Positions 15,396-26,870 of a DNA stretch of 64,000 bases are shown here, piece by piece. Location: the NCBI RefSeq assembly GCF_009914755.1, contig NC_060925.1, one strand, 5' to 3'. The translations under genes and the position numbers were made by a program. The stretch comes from the human T2T-CHM13v2.0 reference genome, Homo sapiens. The notes under the pieces are model-generated. The model did not search any database and was not told the DNA's origin. It was given only the letters and a program-made list of their open reading frames with translations. The stretch's first letter is position 1. Each line of letters starts with the position of its first letter.

Positions 15396-16348
15396 CTCTG
15401 ATGTTGGCAAAGGGGGTTTTCTTAATCAGACTGTTTTTTGGTCCCAGGGAAAGGAGGAAGAAGGAGATTGTGATGGAGAAAGGGGGTCTGTGAAACGTCA
15501 GGCACAGCACAAAGGCTTTGCCACGTAATTACAGGCTCCTATTAAGTCGAGATCTGCCCTCCCAGGGGTCTCCAATTTTCTTGTATTCCCTACAAAGCCT
15601 CCTCTGCATGCCAGTTTGTGCCTTTTGAAGTGCCAGAGAGCTTCTTGATCCAACTGAGAAGGAAAAAGGAGCCCAGCAAGAAGAGGGGGAGAGAGAGAAG
15701 GGAAAGGGGGGAACCCACCAGCACCCTCCGTCGGACTCTTGAAGCCTTTTTTTTTAATTCTTAATTTTTTTTTTTACTCTTTACAAAAAGTAAAGTGAGA
15801 ATCCTGCTCTCTAATACATCTGCAAGACATCACCCTCTCCTCCTGAAACTTTAGTCACTCCTGAGAATCCACAGGAGTGCAGAGAGGGGGGAACACGTTT
15901 TCTTGAAGATGTTTTAAAGCTGGAACAAGCCTTCTTCTGTTGGTGCTTGAACTCTTGCCTGGGAATAACTTTTTTAACCTTTAAAAAAACCATTCACTTT
16001 GATTCTTCTCTCCCACCCCTTCTTCTCTCTTCTTCTGTTTGCCTAACTCCCCCGCCCTGCTGGCCTCCGCTTTCCTCTCTCCCCCTTGTTATTATTTTTA
16101 GTCTGTGCGTGTGGACACTTTTGGAGAGTTGGAAGGGATTTTTTTCTCCTGACTTGAACATAGGGTGACTTTTTAATATTGTATTTTAGTGTGGATTATC
16201 TCTTTGGACCGCGCCGGACTTGGCCTCAGGAAAGCAACCAAGGCTGCGGAAGGCGGCTGGTGCAGAACGCTCTGCTCTACAGAAGGGGGTCCCCCGCCCT
16301 CTTTTCCAATTTTTTTTTTTTTGGCCTTCCTCTCCTTCCCTCCCTCTT

Positions 16349-16353
<5 letters not shown>

Positions 16354-16392
<39 letters not shown>
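16354..16392. repeat. (CT)n microsatellite in the PRRX1 leader/promoter
   Basis: About 19 CT units. Confidence 0.95.
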
Positions 16393-16394
<2 letters not shown>

Positions 16395-16503
16395 CTACCC
16401 CCCTCTTTCTTCCCCACTCGGCTCCTCTCCCCCCTCGCGCCCACAGCGTTTGGTGTTGATTCGAGCGGGAAGAGGGGGGTGGGTGGGATCGGTGGGGGAG
16501 ACC

Positions 16504-16744
16504 ATGACCTCCAGCTACGGGCACGTTCTGGAGCGGCAACCGGCGCTGGGCGGCCGCTTGGACAGCCCGGGCAACCTCGACACCCTGCAGGCGAAAAAGA
16601 ACTTCTCCGTCAGTCACCTGCTAGACCTGGAGGAAGCCGGGGACATGGTGGCGGCACAGGCGGATGAGAACGTGGGCGAGGCTGGCCGGAGCCTGCTGGA
16701 GTCGCCGGGACTCACCAGCGGCAGCGACACCCCGCAGCAGGACA
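16504..16744 (+). CDS. PRRX1: PRRX1 (paired related homeobox 1) coding exon 1, codons 1-80 plus 1 nt (phase-1 intron follows)
   Basis: Translation MTSSYGHVLERQPALGGRLDSPGNLDTLQAKKNFSVSHLLDLEEAGDMVAAQADENVGEAGRSLLESPGLTSGSDTPQQD matches the known human PRRX1 N-terminus; ACCATG Kozak context; consensus donor A|GTGAGT at 16744/16745; lies in a CpG island. Confidence 0.98.
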
Positions 16745-18371
16745 GTGAGTGAGGGGCGCATGCCCACGGGGGTGTGTGCCCGGGACAGAGGGCGGGGACC
16801 CGTGTAGGGCAGCTAGAGCCCGTCCGCGGCCAGAAAGACAAGGTCCTGGGACCAGGAGAGGTGATGGCAGACTTCAAAGGAAGGGCCAGTCACAGGGGAA
16901 ACCAGATGAGAAAAGCGGGTCTCGGCCGAGGGCATAGCCAAGGAGGACGCTGGAGAGAGGCTCCAAGGTCCGGGGACACTCCGAGGCCCTGCGGTCTCAG
17001 GCAGGGACTCTGTCCGCGGCGGACTCTCTTTACTTCGGCCAGGCACCGGCTCGGTTCATCCCGCACGCGGGGCGGCGGGGCTGGGCTGGGAAAAGGTCTT
17101 AGCGGGGTGCAAACTCAGAGAGCCAGCGCTGTTTGGGAAAGCAGCAGGTTAAAGATGCTGAGTCGGGTTGGAAGGGCTTCTCTCGGGCAGCGTATGACGG
17201 CTTGAGGGAGGGCACCAGGCACAGGGAGCAGGACTTGGCGCTGCTCAGGCTGCACTCTCCACGCGGGCACCGTAAGGCCGGGCGCGACCGGGAGGCCCCG
17301 AGAGAACGCCCGGCCCCAGACGCTGGAGCTGCTCTCTGCCCCCTGCTGTTGCCTCTACCGCAAATGGGTTTGAGACTGGCAGAGTCAAAAGCCCGGCTGG
17401 CTTGGGAAAACTCGGGCCAAGCAAAGGGAATGTCCTTTAAGGGTGAAACCTGAAATCCAGCCCCGCATGATCCCGCACAGGCGAGCTGCATCCGGGAGGC
17501 GCGAGCTTCAGTGCGGAGGCCAGTGTCACCTTAGAGGAGCTCTCCCTATTGGCTCTTAAACGCCCAGAAAAGTCCAGTTTCCCTTCCCCATCCTCACCGA
17601 CCAACCTCGCGACCCATGAAAATCTCGCTTCGCTAGTGCCTTAAAAAGAGACTGCAATTGTATCCCCATGCCCCCAAGTCTGTAACAGACCGGTCACCCT
17701 GTTCATCCCAGGTGACATGTGGCCAGATATGTACAGATACTCCCTCTTCTCCTCGAGGTTGCAAGAGTCTGAACTTAGCTGTAAGTTCTCAAATGAGGCT
17801 GGTTGCTTTCTATGTCAGTAGTTGCTGGTTACCATTTTTGTCTTCAAATTTGGAAATCGTGGAACCGGGGGGCCCTCCAGCATTCTATGATTTTCACAAA
17901 ACGTTGCCTATTTCAGACTCTCAAAGAATAGACATACAAATCAAACTGCACATAGAAACAATTGGAAACAGGGTCCGGGCACAGTGGTGGCCCCGCGGGC
18001 CACGCTACAGCAAGCCGCAGAGAGAGCCTCTGGTGTGCTCAAGACGCCTGGTCTTCACCCTGCTTCCTTAGTTCCGGCCTGGGCGCCCCTGGGTGTTTTT
18101 AGCCAAAAGCGGCCTAGGGCCGATCCACCCAATGCATTAGCAGACGGCTACAGGAACTGAATGAGGAAGTCTGGCCTGGACACCAGAGAAAGGTGGCCAA
18201 CTCTGAGGAATGAAGAACCAGGTGTCCCCAAGTTCCGCATAAAGGGCTAGGCGCAGAGACAGAGACGTTCTCTTTAGGGTTTGGGTGCTTGAGAGGCTGC
18301 ACCCGCAGCATTACTTAAGTGTTTGCATAGGCACTCTTAGTTCTAACAAAATGCACTGAGAAATACTATGA

Positions 18372-18761
<390 letters not shown>

Positions 18762-19049
18762 TCACCAATTCTGCACGTCCAGTCGTTTCTGTTTTGCCAG
18801 GACGACTTATTAATTGCAACATTTACCACTGTTCGGATACTAGAGGCTGGACCCACAACAGAAAACAGGACCACGAAGAAACTTCTGCTTAGAAGACCAG
18901 AGTGGGGCAGGAGAGACTAGATGCTGCTTTGCCCTATGAGGAGGCTGGAGGATGAGAAAACCAGGGCCAAGGCCAGCGGCCTCGGCCAGCCTAGGGAACA
19001 AGCCAGCCGTGGTGGCCCTCAGATACTGCAGGGGAAGAGGGATGAAAAT

Positions 19050-19589
19050 TGTACCGGTTGTTTGGCTCTGAGTGGACGCCACTCCCAAGAAGGGAGCTCG
19101 GGATTCGTCGTGGCCTTAGAGTGGGTATGGAGCCGGGCTGGCCAGAGGAAGCTAGCTATGGAGCGCCCCCGAGCAGATTCGGAGGCGACGCGCGGTGGCT
19201 GGGAGGCTGCCCTGGACTGGGGACTGGCTTCTGTGAGACCTGAGCCTGGCGCCTCAGAGGCCCTGTGGAGCACGTGGAGTCCTCAGGAGCGCTCGAGGAC
19301 AAGCTCAGCATCCCGGGCGGAATTGGGGACTGTATGTCCCGGGAGAAGGGGAGAAGACTCTAGAAACTCGCCCACGTGATACTCGGGCTCATCTCAGAGT
19401 TACAATGACTAGAGAGGCCTTGTGGGGAGAAGACCCAGAAAGGAAACTGAGGCTCAGAAAGAGGATGCTCTGCGGAAGCATGATCAAGAGACAGCTTCCG
19501 GAGGAGGCCGCAGAAGGCAGAGTGAGGTGATGGGGACGAAGTGACAGGCACCTGGAGCTAGGAAAGTAGCCGAGAAACACACACGCGCG

Positions 19590-19622
<33 letters not shown>

Positions 19623-19800
19623 TCCAGGCCTTGCTTCCTAGAGAGATGAGGGTAGCGTTCTAACGAATAGTTTGTTGCTTTTATAAGCACTTTTCTCAAC
19701 CTCTCTTTTCTCCGCTGGCATGAGAATGGGAGGGCCTGACGAGTCTTATGGTAGCAAGCGTCCAGGGGAACCCGCAATCCTAGTTTTTGGGCTCCCATCA
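19050..19800. promoter_or_regulatory. Intronic CpG-rich segment
   Basis: Retained CpGs, GC-rich, non-repeat. Confidence 0.6.
19577..19622. repeat. (CA)n(CG)7(CA)n alternating purine-pyrimidine tract
   Basis: Direct reading. Confidence 0.95.
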
Positions 19801-20709
19801 AGAGTTGCCAAGAAAGCTGTTGTGAGCTACTTGGAAGTCAGGACAGCTGGGCCTCCAGCCTGCAGTGACAATGAGGCTCAGACTGTGAATCAGGGAAGAG
19901 GGGAGTGTCTCGGGAAAGGATGGCTAGAGCAGACTCTCCCCCACCCCCAAAGGGACTCAGGGATGAAACCAGGAGTCTGGCGCTCTTTGTATCCCGCTGG
20001 AAGTCTACTCGAGTGGGAAACGATTGTCTCCTGCGGAGAGATGGGGAATATTAAAAAGAAGCCTTTGGCTCTTTTAGCTATATAGAAACAGTCCTCGTCC
20101 TTTCTAAATTTTCTCTTCAGCTGAAATTAGCAAAACAAACTCCACTTACACCTTCAATATTAGATTCTTAATTTTGCAAAATTCCTAACTATAACCTGGG
20201 CCGAATATAGTTAGAAGGAGTAGGTATTCTCTAAAGTGAGGGCTTCTCCCAGACCCTCCCCACCCCACTCACCATCAGCAATTCTGTCCCCACCCCCACC
20301 TTGGTTGATATTCACTACACTGTCCTCTCTGTAGAATGCTTTCTTTCACTTTTTACTGAGTCTCCCAGACTAGTAAATTCTCAACTTCTGTGCTCAAATA
20401 CATTAAGTGTTCAAAGAAATAGTTCTTTAACATTGTTTGGGATCCAGTGGCTAATGGGAGAGTGTGGAGTGTGAATGGGGGTGGTGGCAGAACATGGGTA
20501 ATCAGGGAGAGGAAAGAGGAACAGGTCATAAAAATAGGCAGACCTACTTCAATGAGGACAGTGCATCCCGCTGTCATTTCTTAATCTGAACTTCTGCAAA
20601 CTCTTTGAAAAAAAATGCGCCTGCCTTCCACGTTTCCAACCTCTAAATTAGCGAAACCAGATTGTCCTAATAAGACCTTTTGTTGGAAACACATGTAGTC
20701 ATAAAAAGG

Positions 20710-21060
20710 TAGACGGAAAGTCAATTAGACACGCGCGCACACACGCACACATTCACAAGCCGGTGCTAAGTGTGCACCCGGCGCAGCTGGCTCCCGGGCC
20801 GCGGCGGGATGCAAATACAAAACAGCGACGCGGGAAATCGATTTGTCACAAAGGGAGAGGTGTAAACGCAGCGCAAAGGAATTGCTTGCCCAATCTACCA
20901 GCCACACTCTCTCGGGACCTTGCCCCGCCAACTTCTCTTCGCCAGAGAAACGCCCAGGAGAGCGGGAACATTTTCTAGGGCGCTCCCAAGTTGGAATTCT
21001 CATCACAGTAATATCAGCTTCTAGAGTCTCAGCTTTTGCAACAACCCTGGCGCCAGAAAT
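20710..21060. promoter_or_regulatory. Intronic CpG-rich segment with octamer motif
   Basis: CpG cluster; ATGCAAAT at 20809-20816. Confidence 0.55.
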
Positions 21061-21708
21061 TTTCTTATGCAGCACCATCCTGGGACTCTGGGGCCCACTG
21101 GCAGTCTAAATTTGAGCTTCAATTATCTCGTTGAAGAGGGGAGCCAATGAAATATAAAGCTTTAAGGGTAGCTTGGAAACTTTTCTCTTTAGAGGAGGTG
21201 AAATACAGGATTAAGTGCCTCACTGAGTCCCCAGAGCTGAATGTCAAGGCCAGCCAAGAGGTGGTGATTTCGGTTTATTTTACATGCAGAAGTAGGGGCC
21301 CGGGTTACCTCCTTCTCTTAGAATTTTGGGGAAATTGATAGTCCAGTGACTCCTACCCACTTTTGGGTGAAGGACGATTTGGAATTTGAAGTGTGGGGAG
21401 ACAGGCCTGTGAAGTCCGAAGGACTCACTGGGTCTCCAGATCCCCCAACTCTGGAATGCAGTGAATACCCACCCCCGTGTTTCAGAGCATCTCTCCCATG
21501 TGTTAGACGTCGTGCAGTCCTGCATTTTGGCTGAGACACCTAACCCCGGTGCACTCAGGTCAGAGCGCCAGGGCTTCAGGCAGACAGCAATGGGTCACAC
21601 GGGTCCTTATAGTTCCTTCCTCTTCCCAGGAGTGTCATTTTAGATTTTACAACACGAGCGAATAAATCATCTCCAAACCAACAAGATGTCACCTTCAGGC
21701 TCCCCACT

Positions 21709-21710
<2 letters not shown>

Positions 21711-21755
<45 letters not shown>
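21711..21755 (+). repeat. A45 homopolymer
   Basis: Direct reading; AATAAA at 21661-21666. Confidence 0.97.
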
Positions 21756-21757
<2 letters not shown>

Positions 21758-23719
21758 CAGAAGCAGTGATGCGTTTCTATTCCACCGACCCAGCTTTGAA
21801 TGTCTCTCCCAGCCAGGACCCTTTTCCAAGAAATAACAACTGTAGATTTTCAACCACGACAATCCCTAGACCAGTCTGATTTTTTATTTTAAAAGGCATG
21901 TTTCTTTTACAATCCCTCTCCTACACACTGTTTCCCGCTCCATCCATCAGCCTACCACACCACCATCGCAGACCCCTAACTCCTGGAAAACCCTCCTTGG
22001 CGGAAGCACTAGGGCCCTCAGGTACCGGATTGTTGCAAAGGTCTGTACGTGCCTGTGCCTGCATTGCGACCCCCGGCGCGCCTCCAGTTCCAAGGCCGAG
22101 CTCACTTTCAACAGCTCTGGAAATATGAATGTATTTTTCCCCCCTTTAGAAGAAGCTATACGAGGAACAACTTTTTGAAATCGGGAGTGTGTTTGTAGAG
22201 AAGGAGATAAGGATTGCATTTCGCTTATTTTTCTACAGGTGATAGAAGTGTTTTGGGGGTCAGAGTATCCTCTCAAGGAAAATGTAAAACGTGGGGGCTC
22301 GCATTCTCTATCTAAGCCTTTGTAAGTTTAATTAACAGGACCCTTAAAGTATTCCTTATAGCTACAGATAAAAAATTACAGGCAATGTTTGGATAAGGGG
22401 CCAACTCTCCGTGTCCAAACATTTAGAGAACTGCCTGTGAGTGTACACCGTTGTAATCTTATTGGGAGCCCTTTGTCGAATTCTGTATTTTACTTTGATG
22501 CTTTTTGAGTACCATTCCCATTGTTTGGGTGTCCTTTAACTCCGTTTACAGCAATATATTAATAAAGAGGATGCATATGTCAGCGTTATGTATCCACAAG
22601 AATTTGGATTCCTTTAAAATCAAACGGCTTGGTGAGCAGGCAAGCACTCAAAACCCAACAGTCTCAAACAGCAATAATAATGTCAGCAAACGGCTGCCAT
22701 GCCTCCTTTTCTCCAAATGCTGTTTATTCTAAAATCAATAAGTTAGGAGATACATTGCAGAGAAACAGTCATTAGTGGTTCAGGGTTGGCAGGTTTGTTT
22801 TTCAGGTGTAGATGTTCTTGAGTAATACCTCTCCACTGTGGACTAAATATTAGTAGATTGTCGTTGTCATTTTTCTAATTTAATGCGGCAGCCTCAGGGA
22901 AGTACTCATCCAGACAATTATGGGGTATCGATTTTTAACTTTAAGATTAAAAAAATACCATATTTCACTTGCCTTGGGACTACTTTTCTTGATAAAAATA
23001 TATCTGGGAAGATGATTTTAGGGCCATGTTAGCGTAGGGGAGGGGAATTAAGGCACAAATGGTGGTTGGTTAAGGAAATTTTATGAAAGAAAATAAAGAA
23101 AACATGTCAGAATAAATCAATCAGAGGCACAAGTGAGTTAGAGGAATCTGAGGACAACCAGCATCTTGGGGATTCTTCTGTTCCCGCGGTTCTCAGATAT
23201 AGGAATAAGGGTCTGAGTTATGCCCAGAATACATTCGTCTGGTACTGGATGTCCCAGTCCCTTAGCTGTTCCACGTAATGAAGAAGCTCTAATTCCCGAG
23301 AACTTTGGGGCTTATTTTTACCATCATTGAGTCTGCCCAGGCTCAGCTCTCTTACAAAGGTATAAATCTGAAATTCATGTATTAATTTGAATCCCCAAGA
23401 TCCGAGTTATGAGAAAGGGCAAGGGCAGGCTCTACTCCTATTTTGTTTACTTTCACCGAGTTACTGTGAAGTGATTGGAAACTTTCTTAACGGGCAGAGA
23501 GAGAATACACGGAAACTCGGATGCAGTAATAAAGTTGACATAGGAGTCGGAACAGGGGGCTCTTTTTGGATCTCACCTTTACTGGGGCTTGAGGTTGTGG
23601 AATGGGTGGAAGAGTAATTAACTGAATGAAGAATTTTAACGTTGAAAACAGAGCCCACAGTATTTTTGGTTATAGTGGTGTGGTCTCTGCCTCGGCAAAG
23701 AAACAAACACCCCCACCCC

Positions 23720-23865
23720 ATCTTCGCAGTTCTCCTCTCTGCTGTAGCGACGCCAGGCGCTGCTTTCCGCCGGGTAAATTAGCGGCGAGCCTCGCCAGAC
23801 GCTTTCCTCCTTGCCTTCTTTCGCCGAAAGGGGGCGCGCTCCTCCCAGGCTGCGCTGGTACCTAT
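23720..23865. promoter_or_regulatory. Small CpG cluster with CTCF-like motif
   Basis: CpG-dense ~150 bp; TCGCCGAAAGGGGGCGCGC at 23821-23839. Confidence 0.5.
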
Positions 23866-25779
23866 CCTGCCTTCAAAAATTTCTGGGTTCCTGCAGGACA
23901 GACAGTAACAAAACGTGGGAAATAATAGTTTGATGACACTTCAGGGACTATAGGAATATAAGGTGCACACACATGCATCTTAATGGAAACATGTAGACAC
24001 CTGGCAGGAGCATTGGCTGCCTGCCTCTCCTCCTTTCAAATGAGGGTGGTCGGGGTTCCAGGGTGGCAGGAGGGGAGTGGGGCCAGATGACCGTGGATGG
24101 AATTGGTGGGTGCTAGGACTGACGCCTGGGTTCCATGGCGGAGGAGAGGGTTTGTCCCCATGGAGCTGTGTGGACTTTTCTGCATATGTACTTGAGGTCT
24201 TCAAAGAAAGAAGGGCAGATCTGAGAAATGGAGAAGTGGCTGGTATTAGTGAGATGTTGAAAAACTGCCACAGAAGCCCTCACAGTGCCTGGAGTGTTAA
24301 GACAGAAGAGAAAACCTGGCACCATAGAGTTTTAGGCCCTGGGATCAGGGTAACCTTTCCTCCTCACGAAAGAACAATAACTGCCCCAAATCTTGTGTGA
24401 GCCTGCAACTTGGGTACCTAAAGCCATTTCCAATCTGCAAATCTGACTCCTGGCCTCCACTGATCCTCCATTTTTGGGCAAGAGTTTCAAGAGACTCACA
24501 GGACAGATGAGGATAAATTTTTAACCCCTTCTGTAAATTTAGGGATTTTCGACTTCTTACCACTCCCTGACAATGGGGGTCAACAAATCAAGGCACGGTG
24601 AGAGTAACAAACTGGAATAATATATATTTTGTCTTCATAGCATAGATGATGGTTAATACATACTTTCCAAGATAATCTGAGCTGGAGTGTTCACTAGAAA
24701 CAGGAGCACAAGGCCAGAACTGTAAGGCAAATTGCTTTCCCACAAACGTTTGTCTGAGAATAAGAACATTCACCCCATTCACTTAATTTCTCATCATCAG
24801 TCATGTCATTATATTTTCAAGGACCTCACAGTGCTGGAAAGTGGTGTAGTTATAAATAAGCATAAAAACAGATGGGTGATCCCAGTCCTCTATATATAAT
24901 CGGGGATGCCAAATCTTTTCAAAGAGAATTCATATATACAACTTAAAGGCCAAGGAGCCCAATTCAATCAAAATTTGAGCCAGGATATGCTAAGTTCAAT
25001 CAGCTTGAATATGGGCAAAGTGTAAGACCTAGCCAGCACTTCAGATATATACAGAGAACCACATTTTCTCAAGTTTCCATTGTTATTTTCCACACAAATT
25101 TAGTGTTAGTCTTCAAAGGGATTGTTAGATTTGGTTTGGGCCGGGAGGGTGGTGAGAGTCAGTGCCCCAGGCTCCTGTCCTTGTCTACTCCCCTTTCTTT
25201 GGTACTCTCTCTGCTTCAGCAGTTTGCCGAAAATCTGTGTTGCAGAGAAAATTGACACCTAGAGGCCACAGAGGTCTCCTAAATGCTGTTTTCTAGGATC
25301 CTCAGAAAACAAGAGGACCGCTGAGCTCAATTATATGTAATATACCTGGTATCTTTATGTATTTTTCTTTTCTGCTAATTCATTTTATAATAGCTAAGTT
25401 AGAGACTTCTTGGAGATTTAGGTTTTGGGGACTGGATATCATTCTGTTTTATTTTCAGCTAACTCATAAATATATGAATTTGAAAGTTCCCATTGAAGTA
25501 GGTATTCAATGTAAACTTTTATACCTGGGCATTTTCACATATCACCATTAATTCAAACTGGGAGGTAACATTAAATAATTATGTACATTGTGACTTTCCA
25601 TTTTCTACCAGTGCTGCTTCCCTAAATACTGGTCTAGACTCCAGCAGTAGTATACTACTGGGACAGTTGCTAAATTGTTGCCTGTGTTCAGTTAATGCTT
25701 ACCAAGTGAGAGAATGAGCTCTCCATCCTTGGTGGAACACCTTTCTAATCTAGCCTAAGTACTAGCCACTTTACCCTCC

Positions 25780-26870
25780 CCTTCCCATTTCATACCTTTT
25801 GCCTAGGAGTTATCTTCTAGGCCCACCATTTTAATAACCATCTATATACTAACCACTCCCAGTTTACAGCTTCAAGACTCTCCATTGGAGCTGCAATCCA
25901 TATCTGCAGCCACTTATTTGACATTTCCATTTGAATATCACAAACGTGCTTCGACCTCAAAATCAACAAAACATGGAACTAACGAACTTTCTTTCCCCAG
26001 TCTGATCCTCCTACAGCTTTCCCTGTTTTCCTATATGGTAACATGTGGATGCAAGACTTATGCACTTCAGACTCATCCTTGACTCTCCTTCCTTTATGTT
26101 TCTGTTCCATCCATCCCCAAATCCTATCAAGTTTACCTTCTAAAATAATTTGAATTCATCTACTGTTTAAGTCTCTATCCTGGCTCACCTGCACTGCTGT
26201 ACCACCCTCCTAGCCTGTGGAAACTCTCTGTATCCATGCTTGTCCTTAATGTGTTGGTTACAAAGACTGGATATAATAGATCCCTAAAGAATATTTGTTG
26301 AATTTCCAAATGACAAATGCTAGTGTATTTTTCTACAAGTACATGTAAAAAATCATGTCATGTTCTTTCTTTAGAACTCACAATCACTTTTCATTCTTTA
26401 CATCAAAATTGAATTATCTTGATTTTAAAAATCACTCTTGATAGTCTACCTTCCCATCCCTGCTCTAGCAGCCTGCCTGATACCTCTCTCTCTCTCTCTC
26501 TCTGTCACACACACACACGTGTGCGCGCTTGCGCACGCACGCACACACACACACACAGATTGTAACTGTTTTCCTATTGTTCCCTAGTATGCTAGCTAGG
26601 CTAGTATACTAACTCCCTGTGTTCTAGTCTCCTTTCATGTGCTCTGGTCTCATTTTGGCTTCTCTGACTTCTGATGTGAAGTGTCCTTGCTCTGTGCCTC
26701 GTTTTTGCAAATCTTCCCATGCTTTCTTCCAAGATTCTGCTCCCATCACACCTCCTTGCGAAACCTTCTCTGACTACTTTATTCCAGACCACACAAATCT
26801 CTTTTCTCAAGACTTACTATGGGAAATAACAATCAGTGGCTCCACAAGTAGTGCTCAATTGTTTTCTAAA
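25780..26870 (+). mobile_element. L2 fragments
   Basis: accatctatatactaaccactcccag...ttgacatttccatttgaatatcacaaac...catccttgactctccttcc typical of L2. Confidence 0.65.
26484..26556. repeat. Compound (CT)n/(CA)n/(GC) microsatellite
   Basis: Direct reading. Confidence 0.9.

Larger units (their letters stand above)
13900..16503 (+). promoter_or_regulatory. PRRX1: PRRX1 promoter / 5'UTR / probable orthologue of the Prx1 limb-mesenchyme enhancer region
   Basis: Repeat-free sequence directly upstream of the ATG with TAATTA sites (14035, 15241, 15526), octamer ATGCAAAT (15105), ACGTCA (15495) and pyrimidine tracts; the mouse ~2.4 kb upstream fragment is the established limb enhancer used in Prx1-Cre. 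Confidence 0.75.
16200..17700. promoter_or_regulatory. CpG island over exon 1 and the start of intron 1
   Basis: Dense CpG and GC content around the coding exon. Confidence 0.85.

Noticed and set aside
15909-15917. Minimal uORF ATG-TTT-TAA, the last ATG before the PRRX1 start
   Set aside because: Only relevant if unspliced transcripts start upstream of 15909; weak context and no evidence of use
16189-16503. 105-codon in-frame open extension upstream of the PRRX1 ATG (GTG start in the ORF track)
   Set aside because: It runs through T12 and (CT)n repeats giving SLSLSL low-complexity sequence whose frame depends on repeat length; the known protein starts at the ACCATG at 16504
22225-22245. CAG|GT recursive-splice-like site (also 40783-40798)
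   Set aside because: Reconstituted donor GTGATA is weak, the second site lacks a good pyrimidine tract, and there is no evidence without nascent RNA data
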